From the IMG/VR virus record IMGVR_UViG_3300021142_000042, positions 1 through 51,905 of that record: DNA of 51,905 nt. One strand, given 5' to 3'. The DNA comes from a virus (Duplodnaviria > Caudoviricetes). Numbering within the stretch: the first letter of the stretch is position 1; each line of letters begins with the position of its first letter. Below, one piece after another: positions 17,992 to 28,189 of the stretch. The translations under genes and the position numbers were made by a program. The notes under the pieces were generated by a model. It was given only the letters and a program-made list of their open reading frames with translations, searched no databases and was not told the origin of the DNA.

Positions 17992-18695
17992 TCCACGAAC
18001 TCGAAAACCCGTTTGTAGCCAGCATCGACGCGGGAGTGCGCGCCATCCTGCAATCGCGCAAGTTGCCACGCTGCCGCAAGATGCGGTTCGTGCGCGCGGA
18101 GTTGAACAAGTTCGAGCATCGCTGGAAGTTCAGCTACTACTTCGACGGCGTGCAGGATTGGGACGCTGCGGCTGGGACCATGGTTGACGTGGACTTGCCG
18201 GAGATTGCGCCGGTGTCGTTCTACCTGCCCATGGAGGACGGCGCGAAGTGGCTGCACAAGGCGGCGGACGTGGTGGAGAGGCATGTGCGGGCGGCGATTG
18301 GGGAAGGACCGTTTCTGACCGACAGCGAGAAGCAACTGCAAAGCCAACTTGACGACGAGTATCGGCGCAACGGCGAACTTCGACAGCAGTTGTGCGAGTG
18401 GCAGGACAAGCACAGCGAGGTATGGTCGGAACTTGTGCGCGCAAAGACTGATCCGAACATGCAGGCGCTTCACGTCACGCCTGACATGGACGAAACCAAC
18501 ACGGTGATCCTGATCAAGTCCACCGTCGACCCGAGAGAGGCTGTCGCTCTTTTCGATGCGATCCCGAACTTGCGCGGGGTTTGGTGTCGCACGGTCGAGC
18601 AGTTGGACGAGATTCGGCTGCTGAAGGTTCCGCCCGCGTTTTTGCATCTCGTGAAAGACGCGGAAACTGAATTTCCGAGCGACGCTGGATCCTAA
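17988..18695 (+). CDS. Hypothetical protein with central coiled coil
   Basis: GTG start overlapping the upstream stop; stop abuts the terL ATG. Confidence 0.65.
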   Translation: MIHELENPFVASIDAGVRAILQSRKLPRCRKMRFVRAELNKFEHRWKFSYYFDGVQDWDAAAGTMVDVDLPEIAPVSFYLPMEDGAKWLHKAADVVERHVRAAIGEGPFLTDSEKQLQSQLDDEYRRNGELRQQLCEWQDKHSEVWSELVRAKTDPNMQALHVTPDMDETNTVILIKSTVDPREAVALFDAIPNLRGVWCRTVEQLDEIRLLKVPPAFLHLVKDAETEFPSDAGS

Positions 18696-20315
18696 ATGGC
18701 AGACGGATCGCGCCCCGGCCCCGAAGACATCGTGTACGAGTGGGACGGCAGTTTCGAGATGTTCGCGTCCGAAGCGGTCCTTCTCAACGTCGCAGAGGAG
18801 CGGCGCGATGCATTGGGCATTGAAGAGCGCGAGGTTCCGTTTGCGCTGAATCCAGGGCAACGCCTGCTGCTGGACATTACGCGCACGGACGCCAACCAAC
18901 GCAAGATGCGTCGGCTTCGCGTGCTCGTGCTCAAGGCGCGGCAGGTAGGCAGCACGACGTTTTGGGTGCTGTGGTTCCTGTGGATCTGCATCTTCCAGCC
19001 CGGATCGCGCATTGTCATCGTGGCGCAACACCGCGACTCGGCCGCCGCCATCCTGCTCAACATTGCCACGTTTGCCTGTCACAACCTGCCGTCGTGGTTT
19101 AGCAGCCGACTCCAGTACAAGGCGGTGACGGAGACGATCACGTTCGGCAACGGCTCGACCATGTTCTGCGCGACGGCGAATAGCGAGTTTCTGCGGTCGG
19201 GATCGCTGGACGGCGTGTTGTTCACGGAGGTGACAAGTTACGACGATTTTCAGACGACGCTAACGGCCGTCACGCGCGCTTGCGCCGGTCCTGTGATCGT
19301 AGAATCGACCGCAAAGGGCCTCGGTCTGTTCAAGGACATGTGGGAGAGCAACCGCAGTTCTTGGCGCAAGCTGTTCATCTCGTGGCTGATCGATCCGTTC
19401 TGCCACCTCGAACACACGAACATCGAGCCGACGGCCGAAAACCTGCTCTACATCAAGGAGCACAACCTCTCGCGCACGCAGGCGAACTGGTACCTTGAAA
19501 CGCTGTGGACGGAGTTTGCAGGCAACCAGAAGCAGTTCGACCAAGAATGTCCAGCGACACCCGCGCTGGCGTTCATCACCGCAGGGACCAAGTTTTTTGT
19601 CGGCCGCACGTTCCAGTTCGACCACTCCCTGCTGCCGTGGAAGGGCGCAGAGCGCGTGGACTACGCCAAGCCCATCGCAGGGCACAAGTACGCGCTGGGC
19701 GTGGACGTGGCGCAAGGTGGCGTGGACAACGACGACTCGACAGGGATCCTGCTGGACGTGACCGACTTGAAGCGAATCACGGTGGCCAGCGTCATCCAGT
19801 GCTGGAAGGCGATCCCGCTGTTCGGGGACGACCTCGTGAAACTCGCCAAGGACTATGGCAACGTGCTTGCGGTGGTCGAAAACAACATCGGCCTGGAGTT
19901 GACGCGGCTTCTGCGCAAGAACGGGATCAAGCAGTACAAGAAGCAGCACGACGACACGATGACCGTGCAGGTGGACGAGTACGGCTTCACGACGACCGTA
20001 TCCACGCGACCCACGCTGATGGCGCACCTGACGCGCTATGTGATGGGCAACATCATCGACGACCTGCGCGACCCGAGATTGATGGACCAGTGCAATACGT
20101 TCGTCTACAACAAACAGGGCAAGCCGGAAGCCGCGCAAAGCAAGCGGGACGGGCTCGTGCTGGGGCTGGGTCTGGCGCTGGAAGCAATCGCGCAGTACAG
20201 CCTGTTTGAGACGCCGCCGCCGCGAGAGGTCATTCCGCCGCGTCCTACGGGCGGCGATGCTAATGCCCAACTCATGTGGGATATCAAGTACTTGACAAAG
20301 GCCGTGCGCCGGTAG
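18696..20315 (+). CDS. terL: Terminase large subunit
   Basis: LNPGQ, Walker A VLKARQVGSTT, Walker B VLFTE, coupling motif VESTAKG, nuclease YALGVDVA..DDS, VENN. Confidence 0.92.
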   Translation: MADGSRPGPEDIVYEWDGSFEMFASEAVLLNVAEERRDALGIEEREVPFALNPGQRLLLDITRTDANQRKMRRLRVLVLKARQVGSTTFWVLWFLWICIFQPGSRIVIVAQHRDSAAAILLNIATFACHNLPSWFSSRLQYKAVTETITFGNGSTMFCATANSEFLRSGSLDGVLFTEVTSYDDFQTTLTAVTRACAGPVIVESTAKGLGLFKDMWESNRSSWRKLFISWLIDPFCHLEHTNIEPTAENLLYIKEHNLSRTQANWYLETLWTEFAGNQKQFDQECPATPALAFITAGTKFFVGRTFQFDHSLLPWKGAERVDYAKPIAGHKYALGVDVAQGGVDNDDSTGILLDVTDLKRITVASVIQCWKAIPLFGDDLVKLAKDYGNVLAVVENNIGLELTRLLRKNGIKQYKKQHDDTMTVQVDEYGFTTTVSTRPTLMAHLTRYVMGNIIDDLRDPRLMDQCNTFVYNKQGKPEAAQSKRDGLVLGLGLALEAIAQYSLFETPPPREVIPPRPTGGDANAQLMWDIKYLTKAVRR

Positions 20316-20346
20316 GTTTGTGCCGCATTTCGGCAATCTTCCGATG

Positions 20347-20365
20347 ACGCAGGTTTAGTCAGGCA
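20347..20365 (+). promoter_or_regulatory. Candidate phage late-promoter motif ACGCWGGTTTAGTCAGRCA
   Basis: 17/19 match to 43148-43166. The GTTTAGTC core also occurs at 15048 and 15241. All are intergenic and upstream of rightward genes. Confidence 0.55.
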
Positions 20366-20467
20366 GAAGTGTCTGCAAGTTGGCCGTGCGCTGACTCACG
20401 CCGACGCTTCACCGCGCAGTCGAGCGAAATCGACCCTCGCCAAATCCGGCGTAAAAGGACTCAGCCA

Positions 20468-21283
20468 ATGACACGTACCCCTGAACAGCAGGCGGCAGCC
20501 CTCGCGGACATTCAAAAGATGTTCGACGCGGAGAAAGCCCCACAGGCACCGGAACCGACGCCAGAAGCCACACCGGCTGAAGTCGTTGAGACCGCGCCCG
20601 CGACGGAAGACAAGCCCGTCGAGGACAAGCCCACTGAAGAGGCTGTGCCGCCAAAGGAAGAGCCTGCCGAGAAGGGACGGGTGCCATACAGGCGCTTTGC
20701 CGAGAAGAACGCCGAGGCAAAGGCTGCGATTGCGGAACGCGACGCGCTGAAGGCTGAACGTGACGCTCTGAACGCCAAGATTGCTGAACTGTCCAGGACG
20801 CCTGCAAAGGGGCCGGAAGACAAGGGAAAGCACTGGCTGGACGACATTCTCGACGGTCCCGAAGCGGACGAACCGACGCAGCCCACGCCGCAACTCACAG
20901 AGTACGAGGCGCGGCTTGCACGGATCGAAGCGCGAGAGGCGCAGGCTGAACTGCGGGAAGTGCTGGCGACGGCGACGAAGGATTACCCCAACGTTCCCGA
21001 GCATGTGTTTCTGGCAGGTCTGGCAGCGGGCAAAGAGGTCGAGGACATTGTGGGCGAATGGGATCCTGCGTTCGAGCACATCGGGCAACTGTATGTGAAG
21101 CAGCACGGGTACCAGAAGGCGGCGCCGGTGGCAGAAGCCCCGAAGCCCAAGCCGGACACGATGCCCCGTTTGGGTGGAGCGCCCGCACCGTTGGTGCCCG
21201 AGGCGACGAAGAACAAGTACGCACCCGGTACGGCACAGCACCGGGCGGCAGCGATCGAGTGGATGAAACGCAACGGTTTTTAA
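20468..21283 (+). CDS. Capsid scaffolding protein
   Basis: Acidic Pro/Glu-rich N-terminus, RVPYRRF coiled-coil motif, immediately upstream of the MCP, AAGGA RBS. Confidence 0.75.
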   Translation: MTRTPEQQAAALADIQKMFDAEKAPQAPEPTPEATPAEVVETAPATEDKPVEDKPTEEAVPPKEEPAEKGRVPYRRFAEKNAEAKAAIAERDALKAERDALNAKIAELSRTPAKGPEDKGKHWLDDILDGPEADEPTQPTPQLTEYEARLARIEAREAQAELREVLATATKDYPNVPEHVFLAGLAAGKEVEDIVGEWDPAFEHIGQLYVKQHGYQKAAPVAEAPKPKPDTMPRLGGAPAPLVPEATKNKYAPGTAQHRAAAIEWMKRNGF

Positions 21284-21295
21284 GGAGAAACAGAG

Positions 21296-22561
21296 ATGAA
21301 CATCGCGCAACTTTCCGCACTGCTCAAGGTCCACTACGTCGATGGCGTGGTCGAGCAAATCAACTACGAGTCGATTCTGGTGAACCACTTCGAGCCTGCT
21401 GAGTTGCAGTGGTCGGGTAAGAACGTCACGTTCGCCCTGCACGCCAAGAGCAACGGCTCGGTGGCGGCGGCTGCTGAAGGTGTGACGCTCGCGCAGCCCG
21501 GCTCGCAGGTGTACACGGATCTGATCTTTACGTCGGCGTACGTGTACGGGCAGTTTGTGCTGTCCGGTCCCGCGCTGGCGGCGGCGAAGAAGGGCGGTCC
21601 TGCCGCGTACCTGTCTGCGATGGACGCCGAGATGATCCCGCTGCGCAAGGACGTGCGTTTGTACGCCGACACCTGCTGCTTCACGGGCGGTCCGTTCATC
21701 GGCTACGTGTGGCAGAAGAACAACGCGTTGACGACCCTCCAGTCCAGCGTGCGCTTCAACTACGCCAACCTGCCTGGCTACAACCCGACCGGCTACGGCG
21801 TGAAGATCTACCGGCTTGACACGTTCGCGGAAGTGGACCCGAACGCCGCGCGCACCATCACGGCGATCAGCACGGAAGGCGACTACATCACGGTCAACAT
21901 CGCGATCGACACGTCGGCGGTTCCTGCCGAAGTGCTGCTGGGCGTCGTGAGCGCTGCGCCGAATCTGGCTGTCGAGTCCAACGGCATGGCCTACAACATG
22001 TTCTCCCCGCAGTGGTACAACGTCACGCGCGGCACGGCGAACACGGAGAAGCTGAACGGCAACTACCTGTTGGCGAACAGCATCACGGCAGCGCGCGACG
22101 ACCTGACGCCGGGCAACTTGCAGGCGCTGGTCAGCCGCATCATGTTCGCGAGCGGCGAGACGCCCGACGCGCTGTACCTCAGCCCGTTGCAGTTGAACTC
22201 GTATGTGGCGCTCTTGCAGGGCGTGGCGAGCGGCGTGCCGAATGCGGCGCGGTTGGACGTGAAGACGCCTGCTGGCAAGGGCGATGTGGGCTTCACGTCG
22301 TACGCCTACAACGGCACGATCCCGTTCTTCCAAGGCCAGAACTGCCCGCTCGGCGTGATCTACATGCTGCGCCGCGAGTATTGGAAGATCGCGACCTTGC
22401 AGGATCCCGAGTTCGACGAGACGACGGGCAACATCCTGCGCGCGCCGTCGAGCCAGTTCGACAGCTACAGCGGCCTGTTCAAGTGGTACTTCCAGTTCGC
22501 GTGCAAGCGTCCGAACTCCAGCGGCGTGATCGCGGGTATCTCGACTCCGCTGGGCGCGTAA
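21296..22561 (+). CDS. Major capsid protein (HK97 fold)
   Basis: Strong AAGGAG RBS, biased codons, LSALLKVHY..VVEQIN, E-loop-like AEGVTLAQPG, C-terminal YFQFACKRPNSSGVI. Confidence 0.85.
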   Translation: MNIAQLSALLKVHYVDGVVEQINYESILVNHFEPAELQWSGKNVTFALHAKSNGSVAAAAEGVTLAQPGSQVYTDLIFTSAYVYGQFVLSGPALAAAKKGGPAAYLSAMDAEMIPLRKDVRLYADTCCFTGGPFIGYVWQKNNALTTLQSSVRFNYANLPGYNPTGYGVKIYRLDTFAEVDPNAARTITAISTEGDYITVNIAIDTSAVPAEVLLGVVSAAPNLAVESNGMAYNMFSPQWYNVTRGTANTEKLNGNYLLANSITAARDDLTPGNLQALVSRIMFASGETPDALYLSPLQLNSYVALLQGVASGVPNAARLDVKTPAGKGDVGFTSYAYNGTIPFFQGQNCPLGVIYMLRREYWKIATLQDPEFDETTGNILRAPSSQFDSYSGLFKWYFQFACKRPNSSGVIAGISTPLGA

Positions 22562-22609
22562 GGTTTGCCGCAGCAACTCACTGACCTCTGACATCTGAAG
22601 GAAACGACA

Positions 22610-23107
22610 ATGGCGAACACCAACTTGAACCCGAATCCCGGCATCGTGGCTGTCGGCATGAACCAAGGCGCTCCGGTGAGCATCGGCGCGCAGAAGGCCA
22701 GTTCGATCCAGCAGTACGACGCTGCGGGAAATCTGGTGCAGGTCGCGACGACTCAGCCCGCTTTGGCGTTGCTGGCCGAGATCGTCTGCGCGGACACGGC
22801 GGACAACTACGACCTGATCGTGCCGTTCGCGTGCAAGGCCGTGGATGCGCTGTTCAACTCGACTGGTACGGCCGCTACCTCCGGTGACACGTGGAAGATT
22901 TCCACCGTGACGCTGGCGGGCGCTTCGGCCGACGCAACGGCGGCGCAGGCCATCGTGGCCGCAACCAATTCCATCACGCGCCCCGTCGCCTTGAATCCGA
23001 CGAACGCGCTGATTGAAGCGGGCGGCACGCTGCGGATCACGACTGTCAAGGGCGGCTCGCACGTGGCTGGCATCGCGAAGGTCTGGCTGATCCCGACCGC
23101 GCTGTAA
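22610..23107 (+). CDS. Virion protein, putative capsid decoration
   Basis: Beta-rich Ala/Thr/Val protein directly after the MCP. Confidence 0.6.
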   Translation: MANTNLNPNPGIVAVGMNQGAPVSIGAQKASSIQQYDAAGNLVQVATTQPALALLAEIVCADTADNYDLIVPFACKAVDALFNSTGTAATSGDTWKISTVTLAGASADATAAQAIVAATNSITRPVALNPTNALIEAGGTLRITTVKGGSHVAGIAKVWLIPTAL

Positions 23108-23116
23108 GTATCGACT

Positions 23117-23156
23117 TGCGGGGGCTGGCGCGTCGTGAGGCGGCTGGCCCCCGCAG
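23117..23156 (+). terminator. GC-rich hairpin, possible terminator or processing site
   Basis: GCGGGGGCTGGC...GCTGGCCCCCGC, no U-tract. Confidence 0.35.
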
Positions 23157-23189
23157 GGCATTGAACACTGACAACGAATCGGAGCCGCC

Positions 23190-23582
23190 ATGTCCACGAC
23201 GAACCTGTTCAACAACTACGCCAAATACTTTCAAGGCGGCGTTCAACTGGTGGCCATTCCGGTCGCCGCAACGTCCGGCAACAACGACGCGACCGTTGAC
23301 TTCAACGGCGTTGTGGTCAACTACTGGTTCGTGAAGAGCGGCTCCACGGGCGGCGCTTCTGACACGGTGCAGTTGTCGACCGTGAAGCGCACGGGCACCG
23401 CATCGACGTTGAGTTCGGCGATCTCCGTCAACACGATTGCGGCTGGCACAGTGGTGCCGATGGCGGCCTTGACGCTTGCCAACGCGGCAGTGGAACAGGC
23501 GGGCAAACTCCGGGTTTCTGGCGTTGCTGGCACAACCTCGGCTGCGGGCGTGATGTACGTCCTTTGCGCAGTGACGGCCTAA
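23190..23582 (+). CDS. Virion protein, paralog of 22610-23107
   Basis: Shared pattern DT(W/V)x(I/L)STV...NA(L/A)(I/V)E(A/Q)(G/A)G(T/K)LR(I/V). Confidence 0.6.
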   Translation: MSTTNLFNNYAKYFQGGVQLVAIPVAATSGNNDATVDFNGVVVNYWFVKSGSTGGASDTVQLSTVKRTGTASTLSSAISVNTIAAGTVVPMAALTLANAAVEQAGKLRVSGVAGTTSAAGVMYVLCAVTA

Positions 23583-23594
23583 GAATGAGGCGTC

Positions 23595-23945
23595 ATGGCG
23601 GACTTCGACTACAGCGCGTTTGACCCCGAGCAGAGTTCCGTACAGCAAGCGGCGCAAGCTGAGATCGATCGGCGCAACGGCGACAAATCGAGCAAGTTGA
23701 GCGCGATTGCGGGGCCTAGCCTTGGCGTCATCGGGGCGATCATCGGCGGGCTCGCTGGCGGTCCTGCTGGCGCTGGGCTTGGGCTCACAGCGGGCAAGAC
23801 TGCTGCGGGCGCATTGACGGGCAATACGTCGAAGTTCCCAGGCATGGACCAACTACGCGGCGCGCTGGACCTGTACGGCAAGCAGACCCAGTCGGATGCA
23901 GCGGTTCCACAAAGCGCTTCTGTAGGCGCATCGGACGCGTGGTAG
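23595..23945 (+). CDS. Small glycine-zipper virion or ejection-like protein
   Basis: GVIGAIIGGLAGGPAGAGLG. Confidence 0.55.
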   Translation: MADFDYSAFDPEQSSVQQAAQAEIDRRNGDKSSKLSAIAGPSLGVIGAIIGGLAGGPAGAGLGLTAGKTAAGALTGNTSKFPGMDQLRGALDLYGKQTQSDAAVPQSASVGASDAW

Positions 23946-25901
23946 ATGCGGACTCACGACGAACAGGACGCGCGAGACGATCAGGACGACGAAACCGAAG
24001 TCATGACCGGCGCGATCGATGATGACGCGGACCAACTATCGGCGGCAGAAGTCGCGCAGATGGCGCAGCGCTGCCTTGAAGTGAACGCGCCACGTCGTCA
24101 GATGACGATGATCTGCATTGAGTTCTTGCGCGGCAATCAGGATCCGGCGCTGGCAACTGGCGAGTCTCCGCAGACGGCGACGGGACAGAACATCGCGGCG
24201 CGCGTGCTGGGCCCGACCGAAGTCATCATCAACAAGATCCTGCCGAAGCGTAATCAGGTCGTGTCGCGGCTGGCGACGGCCTACCCGTCGATGACGGTGA
24301 TGCCCGCTTCTGACAGCGCGGAAGACGAGGAAAAGACCAAAGCAAGCCAACTGCTGCTGCGGTACTTCTGGAACCAAGCCAACATGAAGCGCAAGCTGAA
24401 GCGCGGATCGCAATGGCTGGTCGACGCGGGCATGTACGCGCTGCATGAGTTCTTCAACCCGGCGACGGGAAACGTCGACATTGAAGTCATCAGCCCGTTG
24501 GACTTCCTGCACGAGGCTTATGTCCACGACGTGGAGGACTCACGCATCCTGGGTGTTCGCCGGTTCACGACTCGGCACGCGCTGCTGAAGACGTTTCCCG
24601 ACAAGTCTGAGGAGATCCTCAAGTACGGCAACAGCACGCGCGACGTGACCTCGCTGCGGCAGACGGGCGTGGACTCGCAGCCTGCGGATCGCGTGGAACT
24701 GTTCGAAGTCTACACGCAGGACGGGCAGCACCTGCTGTTGCTGGGCTCTCACGTGCTCAAGCGCCTGAAGATGGACACAACCAAGATCCCGATCCAGCTC
24801 ATCCGCTACAACGAAATCAGCGGCATTCTCGCGGGCATTGGCATGGTCGAGACCTGCCTTGCGCCGCAGATGATGCGCAATCGGTTTTTGACGCAGATCA
24901 CCGAAAACGCGCGGAAGATGGCGAACCCGAAGATCATGATCCCGATTGAATCGGGCGTGACGGAGGACGCGTTTGCCAGCGACACAGGCGAAAAGATCCC
25001 GTTTACGGGCGGTCACCGGCCGATTCCGTGGCAGCCGCAGGCGATGACGCCGGATCTGCTGTCGATGCCGACGCGGTTCGACGCGGACATGGACGACGCC
25101 AGCGGTCAGGCGGCAATCGCGCAGGGCAAGATGGTCGGCGCGCGTTCTGGCGTGGCAATCGACGCACTGACGGAAAACGCGCTGTCGCCGTTGCAGTTGG
25201 TGCAGGAAAACATCGAGGAAGGGGTCAAGGACGCCGCGGAACGCGTGCTGGAACTGATGAAGGTCCACTACAGCGAAGGCAAGATGGTGCGCATGTTCGA
25301 CCCCGACACGGGCGTTTTCGTGTCGCAGGAGTTGAACGCCACGCACATCGTGGACAACCCGCAAATCTTCTTGGAAGCGGGCAGCCTGTTCCGTTCGGAA
25401 GCGGCGGATCGCGACAAGCAGACGATGGACCTGTTCAAGGCGGGCCTCATCGACAAGGATACGGCCATGCGCAACCTGTCGCTGCACAATGTCAGCGGCG
25501 ACGTGGTGGGCAAGATGAAGGCGCTGAAGCACGCGCGCAACCTGCTGAACGCTGTTGTGCAGTTCCGGCGCCCGTTGCAGGACTTGACCGCTGGCGACGA
25601 CCTCGACTCGCTCAAGGAAGTCTTCGGCAACTTCTTGCACAGCGACGAGTTCTACGCCGCGCCGCCTGAAACGCAGGACATCGTAAATCAGGCGTACATG
25701 CAGATCGTCGCGGCCATGCAGGCGCGTGCTCAGACAATGGCGAATCCTGGCGCTCCGATGCCGCCTGCGGGCGCTCCGCAAGGTGGCCCGAGCGCTTCGC
25801 TGGGTGTGAACCCGGTGGCTACGGCGCAAGCGAACGCGCCGCAGACCGCACAGTTTCAGCCGCCGCCGCTTGGGCAGCCGTCCGCAAACGCGCAGCAGTG
25901 A
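23946..25901 (+). CDS. Portal protein (P22-like/podoviral type)
   Basis: FLRGNQ, INKILPK, DAGMYAL, ISPLDF, GIGMVE, NPKIMIP, RSGVAI, Gln/Pro-rich tail. Confidence 0.85.
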   Translation: MRTHDEQDARDDQDDETEVMTGAIDDDADQLSAAEVAQMAQRCLEVNAPRRQMTMICIEFLRGNQDPALATGESPQTATGQNIAARVLGPTEVIINKILPKRNQVVSRLATAYPSMTVMPASDSAEDEEKTKASQLLLRYFWNQANMKRKLKRGSQWLVDAGMYALHEFFNPATGNVDIEVISPLDFLHEAYVHDVEDSRILGVRRFTTRHALLKTFPDKSEEILKYGNSTRDVTSLRQTGVDSQPADRVELFEVYTQDGQHLLLLGSHVLKRLKMDTTKIPIQLIRYNEISGILAGIGMVETCLAPQMMRNRFLTQITENARKMANPKIMIPIESGVTEDAFASDTGEKIPFTGGHRPIPWQPQAMTPDLLSMPTRFDADMDDASGQAAIAQGKMVGARSGVAIDALTENALSPLQLVQENIEEGVKDAAERVLELMKVHYSEGKMVRMFDPDTGVFVSQELNATHIVDNPQIFLEAGSLFRSEAADRDKQTMDLFKAGLIDKDTAMRNLSLHNVSGDVVGKMKALKHARNLLNAVVQFRRPLQDLTAGDDLDSLKEVFGNFLHSDEFYAAPPETQDIVNQAYMQIVAAMQARAQTMANPGAPMPPAGAPQGGPSASLGVNPVATAQANAPQTAQFQPPPLGQPSANAQQ

Positions 25902-25909
25902 GGTGATCC

Positions 25910-26692
25910 GTGGACGGACAATCGATCTACAACTTGGCGCGGTCGATTGCCGACGACGGAGACGTGACGTTTCAGACCCAAGCGGATTGGGCGTCTGCGC
26001 TTCAGCAGGGCTACGCGTCCTATCAGCAGCTCATCGCCGCGCAACTCCCCAGCATCTACGAGAAGCGTTACGACTTCACGGTCAACGCGACGGCCGAATA
26101 CGACTTGGACGGCATTCTTTTCGGCGCTACGCCTTCCGAGGGCAATCGGCTGTACAAGATCACGAAAATGCACAACGTCAACGTGGGCAGTACGCCGGAC
26201 TTTGGCGGTTGGGTGCAGCCCGCGACTTCGATGGAGGAACTATGGGCGTACGCTGTCGGTGGCGCGGGTGCCGGTGCGCCGGGTGCGTGGGGTAGTTGGC
26301 GGTGGTTTTTGCAGGACACCAAACTCCTGTTCAGTTGCCAACTGACGCAGCAGCTTCGGCTGTACTACATCCCCAGCCCGACGATCGATTGGGCGACGGC
26401 GATCGCGACTCCCAACATCTTCATCGACAACACGCCGGACTTCGCACAGCAGGCGATTGCCTACTACGCGTTTCAGGCGTACGCGATCAAGGACTTCCAG
26501 CAGAATCCGGTTGCGCAACAGCGTTTTGACGGGATTCTGTTGCAGATCAAGCAGTGGCTTGCGGTAGGTCGCAACGGCGATGCTTCGCGCTGGGTGCAAC
26601 CGGGGCGTCAACGTAGCCCGTGGGGTTCCTTTGCGTTTCTTTTCGGCCTGTTGGCGTGCGCTTTGCCGGTGGCGGAAAGGCTGATGACCTGA
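25910..26692 (+). CDS. Head-tail adaptor (P22 gp4 / T7 gp11-like)
   Basis: Follows the portal. IYNLARSIAD..ALQQGY, EYDL, LRLYYIPSP, AIAYYA pattern. Confidence 0.65.
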   Translation: MDGQSIYNLARSIADDGDVTFQTQADWASALQQGYASYQQLIAAQLPSIYEKRYDFTVNATAEYDLDGILFGATPSEGNRLYKITKMHNVNVGSTPDFGGWVQPATSMEELWAYAVGGAGAGAPGAWGSWRWFLQDTKLLFSCQLTQQLRLYYIPSPTIDWATAIATPNIFIDNTPDFAQQAIAYYAFQAYAIKDFQQNPVAQQRFDGILLQIKQWLAVGRNGDASRWVQPGRQRSPWGSFAFLFGLLACALPVAERLMT

Positions 26693-28149
26693 TGGCAAAC
26701 CCCGCGTACAACCAGCAAGCGGTACTCGACGCGGACATTACGCGCGGCATCGATGCGGATTCATTAGAGAAACAGGGCGTCTCTTTTGTACTCAACATGT
26801 CGTACCGCGTCAACCGCTTGGAGGTGCGCGGCGGCTTCGGCACGCTGGCACAATTTGGCACAACGCTCAACGCGGGGCGCGATGCGACGTTGCCCGCGTA
26901 CGGCTACGGTCCGCCCCTTGCAGCCACGCTACAGGTCACGAACTTCGGGCACGTCCAGATTCTCAGCGTGCATCAATTGCAGGGCTTCACGGGCACGCTA
27001 GGCGGCCAGTATTTGACCAACCTGTTCGCGCTGTCGGTGTACGACGTGACGACGGGTCGGCGGTCTGAGCACGTCTTTCGCCAGCAAACGCAGTGGACAA
27101 GCAACCTGCCCGCCGCTGCGTTGCCGAGCGCGGGTCAACCGCAATGGCTGGAACGCAACCCGCTGTCGGTGCCGTGCTTTACGCAGTTGAGCGATCTTCA
27201 GTACGTGTGCATCCCGCAGCAGGGCGTGTGGTTCTACCGCCCGATCGACGTGTACGCGGTGGACCAGCGATTGCAGACGGTCCCGGGCGCGTTGCAGAAC
27301 GGCGATAGCGCGTGGGTGGAGACGCTTGTGCCCGTGGACGGCGTGTTCGCCGGCGCTGGCGTTGTGTACTTCAACGCGGCGACCTTCCCACCTCCGCAGT
27401 GCCTTTGCGCGTTCCAAAACCGCATGGTCTACGCGAGTGGGCGCAAACTGTTCTTCAGCGACGCGGATCGCCCCGACAACATCGCGGCTAACAGCTTCTT
27501 TGCGATCCCGACAGAAATGCCGATTACGGCTATCGCGTCGGTGAAGGGCGTGATCCTCGCGTTCACGGAAAACGAGACCTGGCTGTACCAACCCAGCAAC
27601 CCGACGCAGACGGGCTTGATCTCCGGTGGCGTGGTGTACAACTTGAGCCGGTCGCGCGGGTGTCTGTCTCCGCAGTCGTTTACGCTGATGGGTGACACGG
27701 TTGTGTTCATGGACCGTCGCGGGATCTACACGACGGACGGCGGCACGGCTATCACGAAGATCAGCGAGAGCATCGACACATGGTTTACGCTGCCTGAGCA
27801 GATTCAGAACCCGTTGACGAACTACCTGACGCAATTGGGTGGATCTCCTGCGACGGGGGCGCAGCCTCGCGCGTTCATCGACTTTCAGGATCAGTTGTGG
27901 CGGTCGACGTTCACATGGGATCCGCTGAATCAGTTTTTGTACGTGACCTTTGACGACCTGACGCTGTGCTACAGCCCCGATTTCGGGTGGTCGGTGTGGC
28001 TGTACGAGACGACGGCGGTTCCGCTTGTCGGCGGCGTTCCCAAGGTGGGCTTGCAGCAGCGGATTGTGAACCCGATCATCTTGTGCAACAACGGCGACAC
28101 GTACATGATCGGCGGGTCGGATCAGCAGGCGTATTCGCCCGCACCGTAG
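26692..28149 (+). CDS. Tail nozzle/stabilisation protein (P22 gp10 / T7 gp12-like), N-terminal beta-propeller part
   Basis: LNM..NRLEVRGG, FQNRMVYA..LFFSD, ITAI..ILAFTENETW, RGCLSPQS..VVFMDRRGIY..ITKISESI. No obvious C-terminal domain. Confidence 0.75.
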   Translation: MANPAYNQQAVLDADITRGIDADSLEKQGVSFVLNMSYRVNRLEVRGGFGTLAQFGTTLNAGRDATLPAYGYGPPLAATLQVTNFGHVQILSVHQLQGFTGTLGGQYLTNLFALSVYDVTTGRRSEHVFRQQTQWTSNLPAAALPSAGQPQWLERNPLSVPCFTQLSDLQYVCIPQQGVWFYRPIDVYAVDQRLQTVPGALQNGDSAWVETLVPVDGVFAGAGVVYFNAATFPPPQCLCAFQNRMVYASGRKLFFSDADRPDNIAANSFFAIPTEMPITAIASVKGVILAFTENETWLYQPSNPTQTGLISGGVVYNLSRSRGCLSPQSFTLMGDTVVFMDRRGIYTTDGGTAITKISESIDTWFTLPEQIQNPLTNYLTQLGGSPATGAQPRAFIDFQDQLWRSTFTWDPLNQFLYVTFDDLTLCYSPDFGWSVWLYETTAVPLVGGVPKVGLQQRIVNPIILCNNGDTYMIGGSDQQAYSPAP

Positions 28150-28189
28150 GGTGTCGGCATGTAGCGCCCACGGCGCGGGAAGGTGAAGG

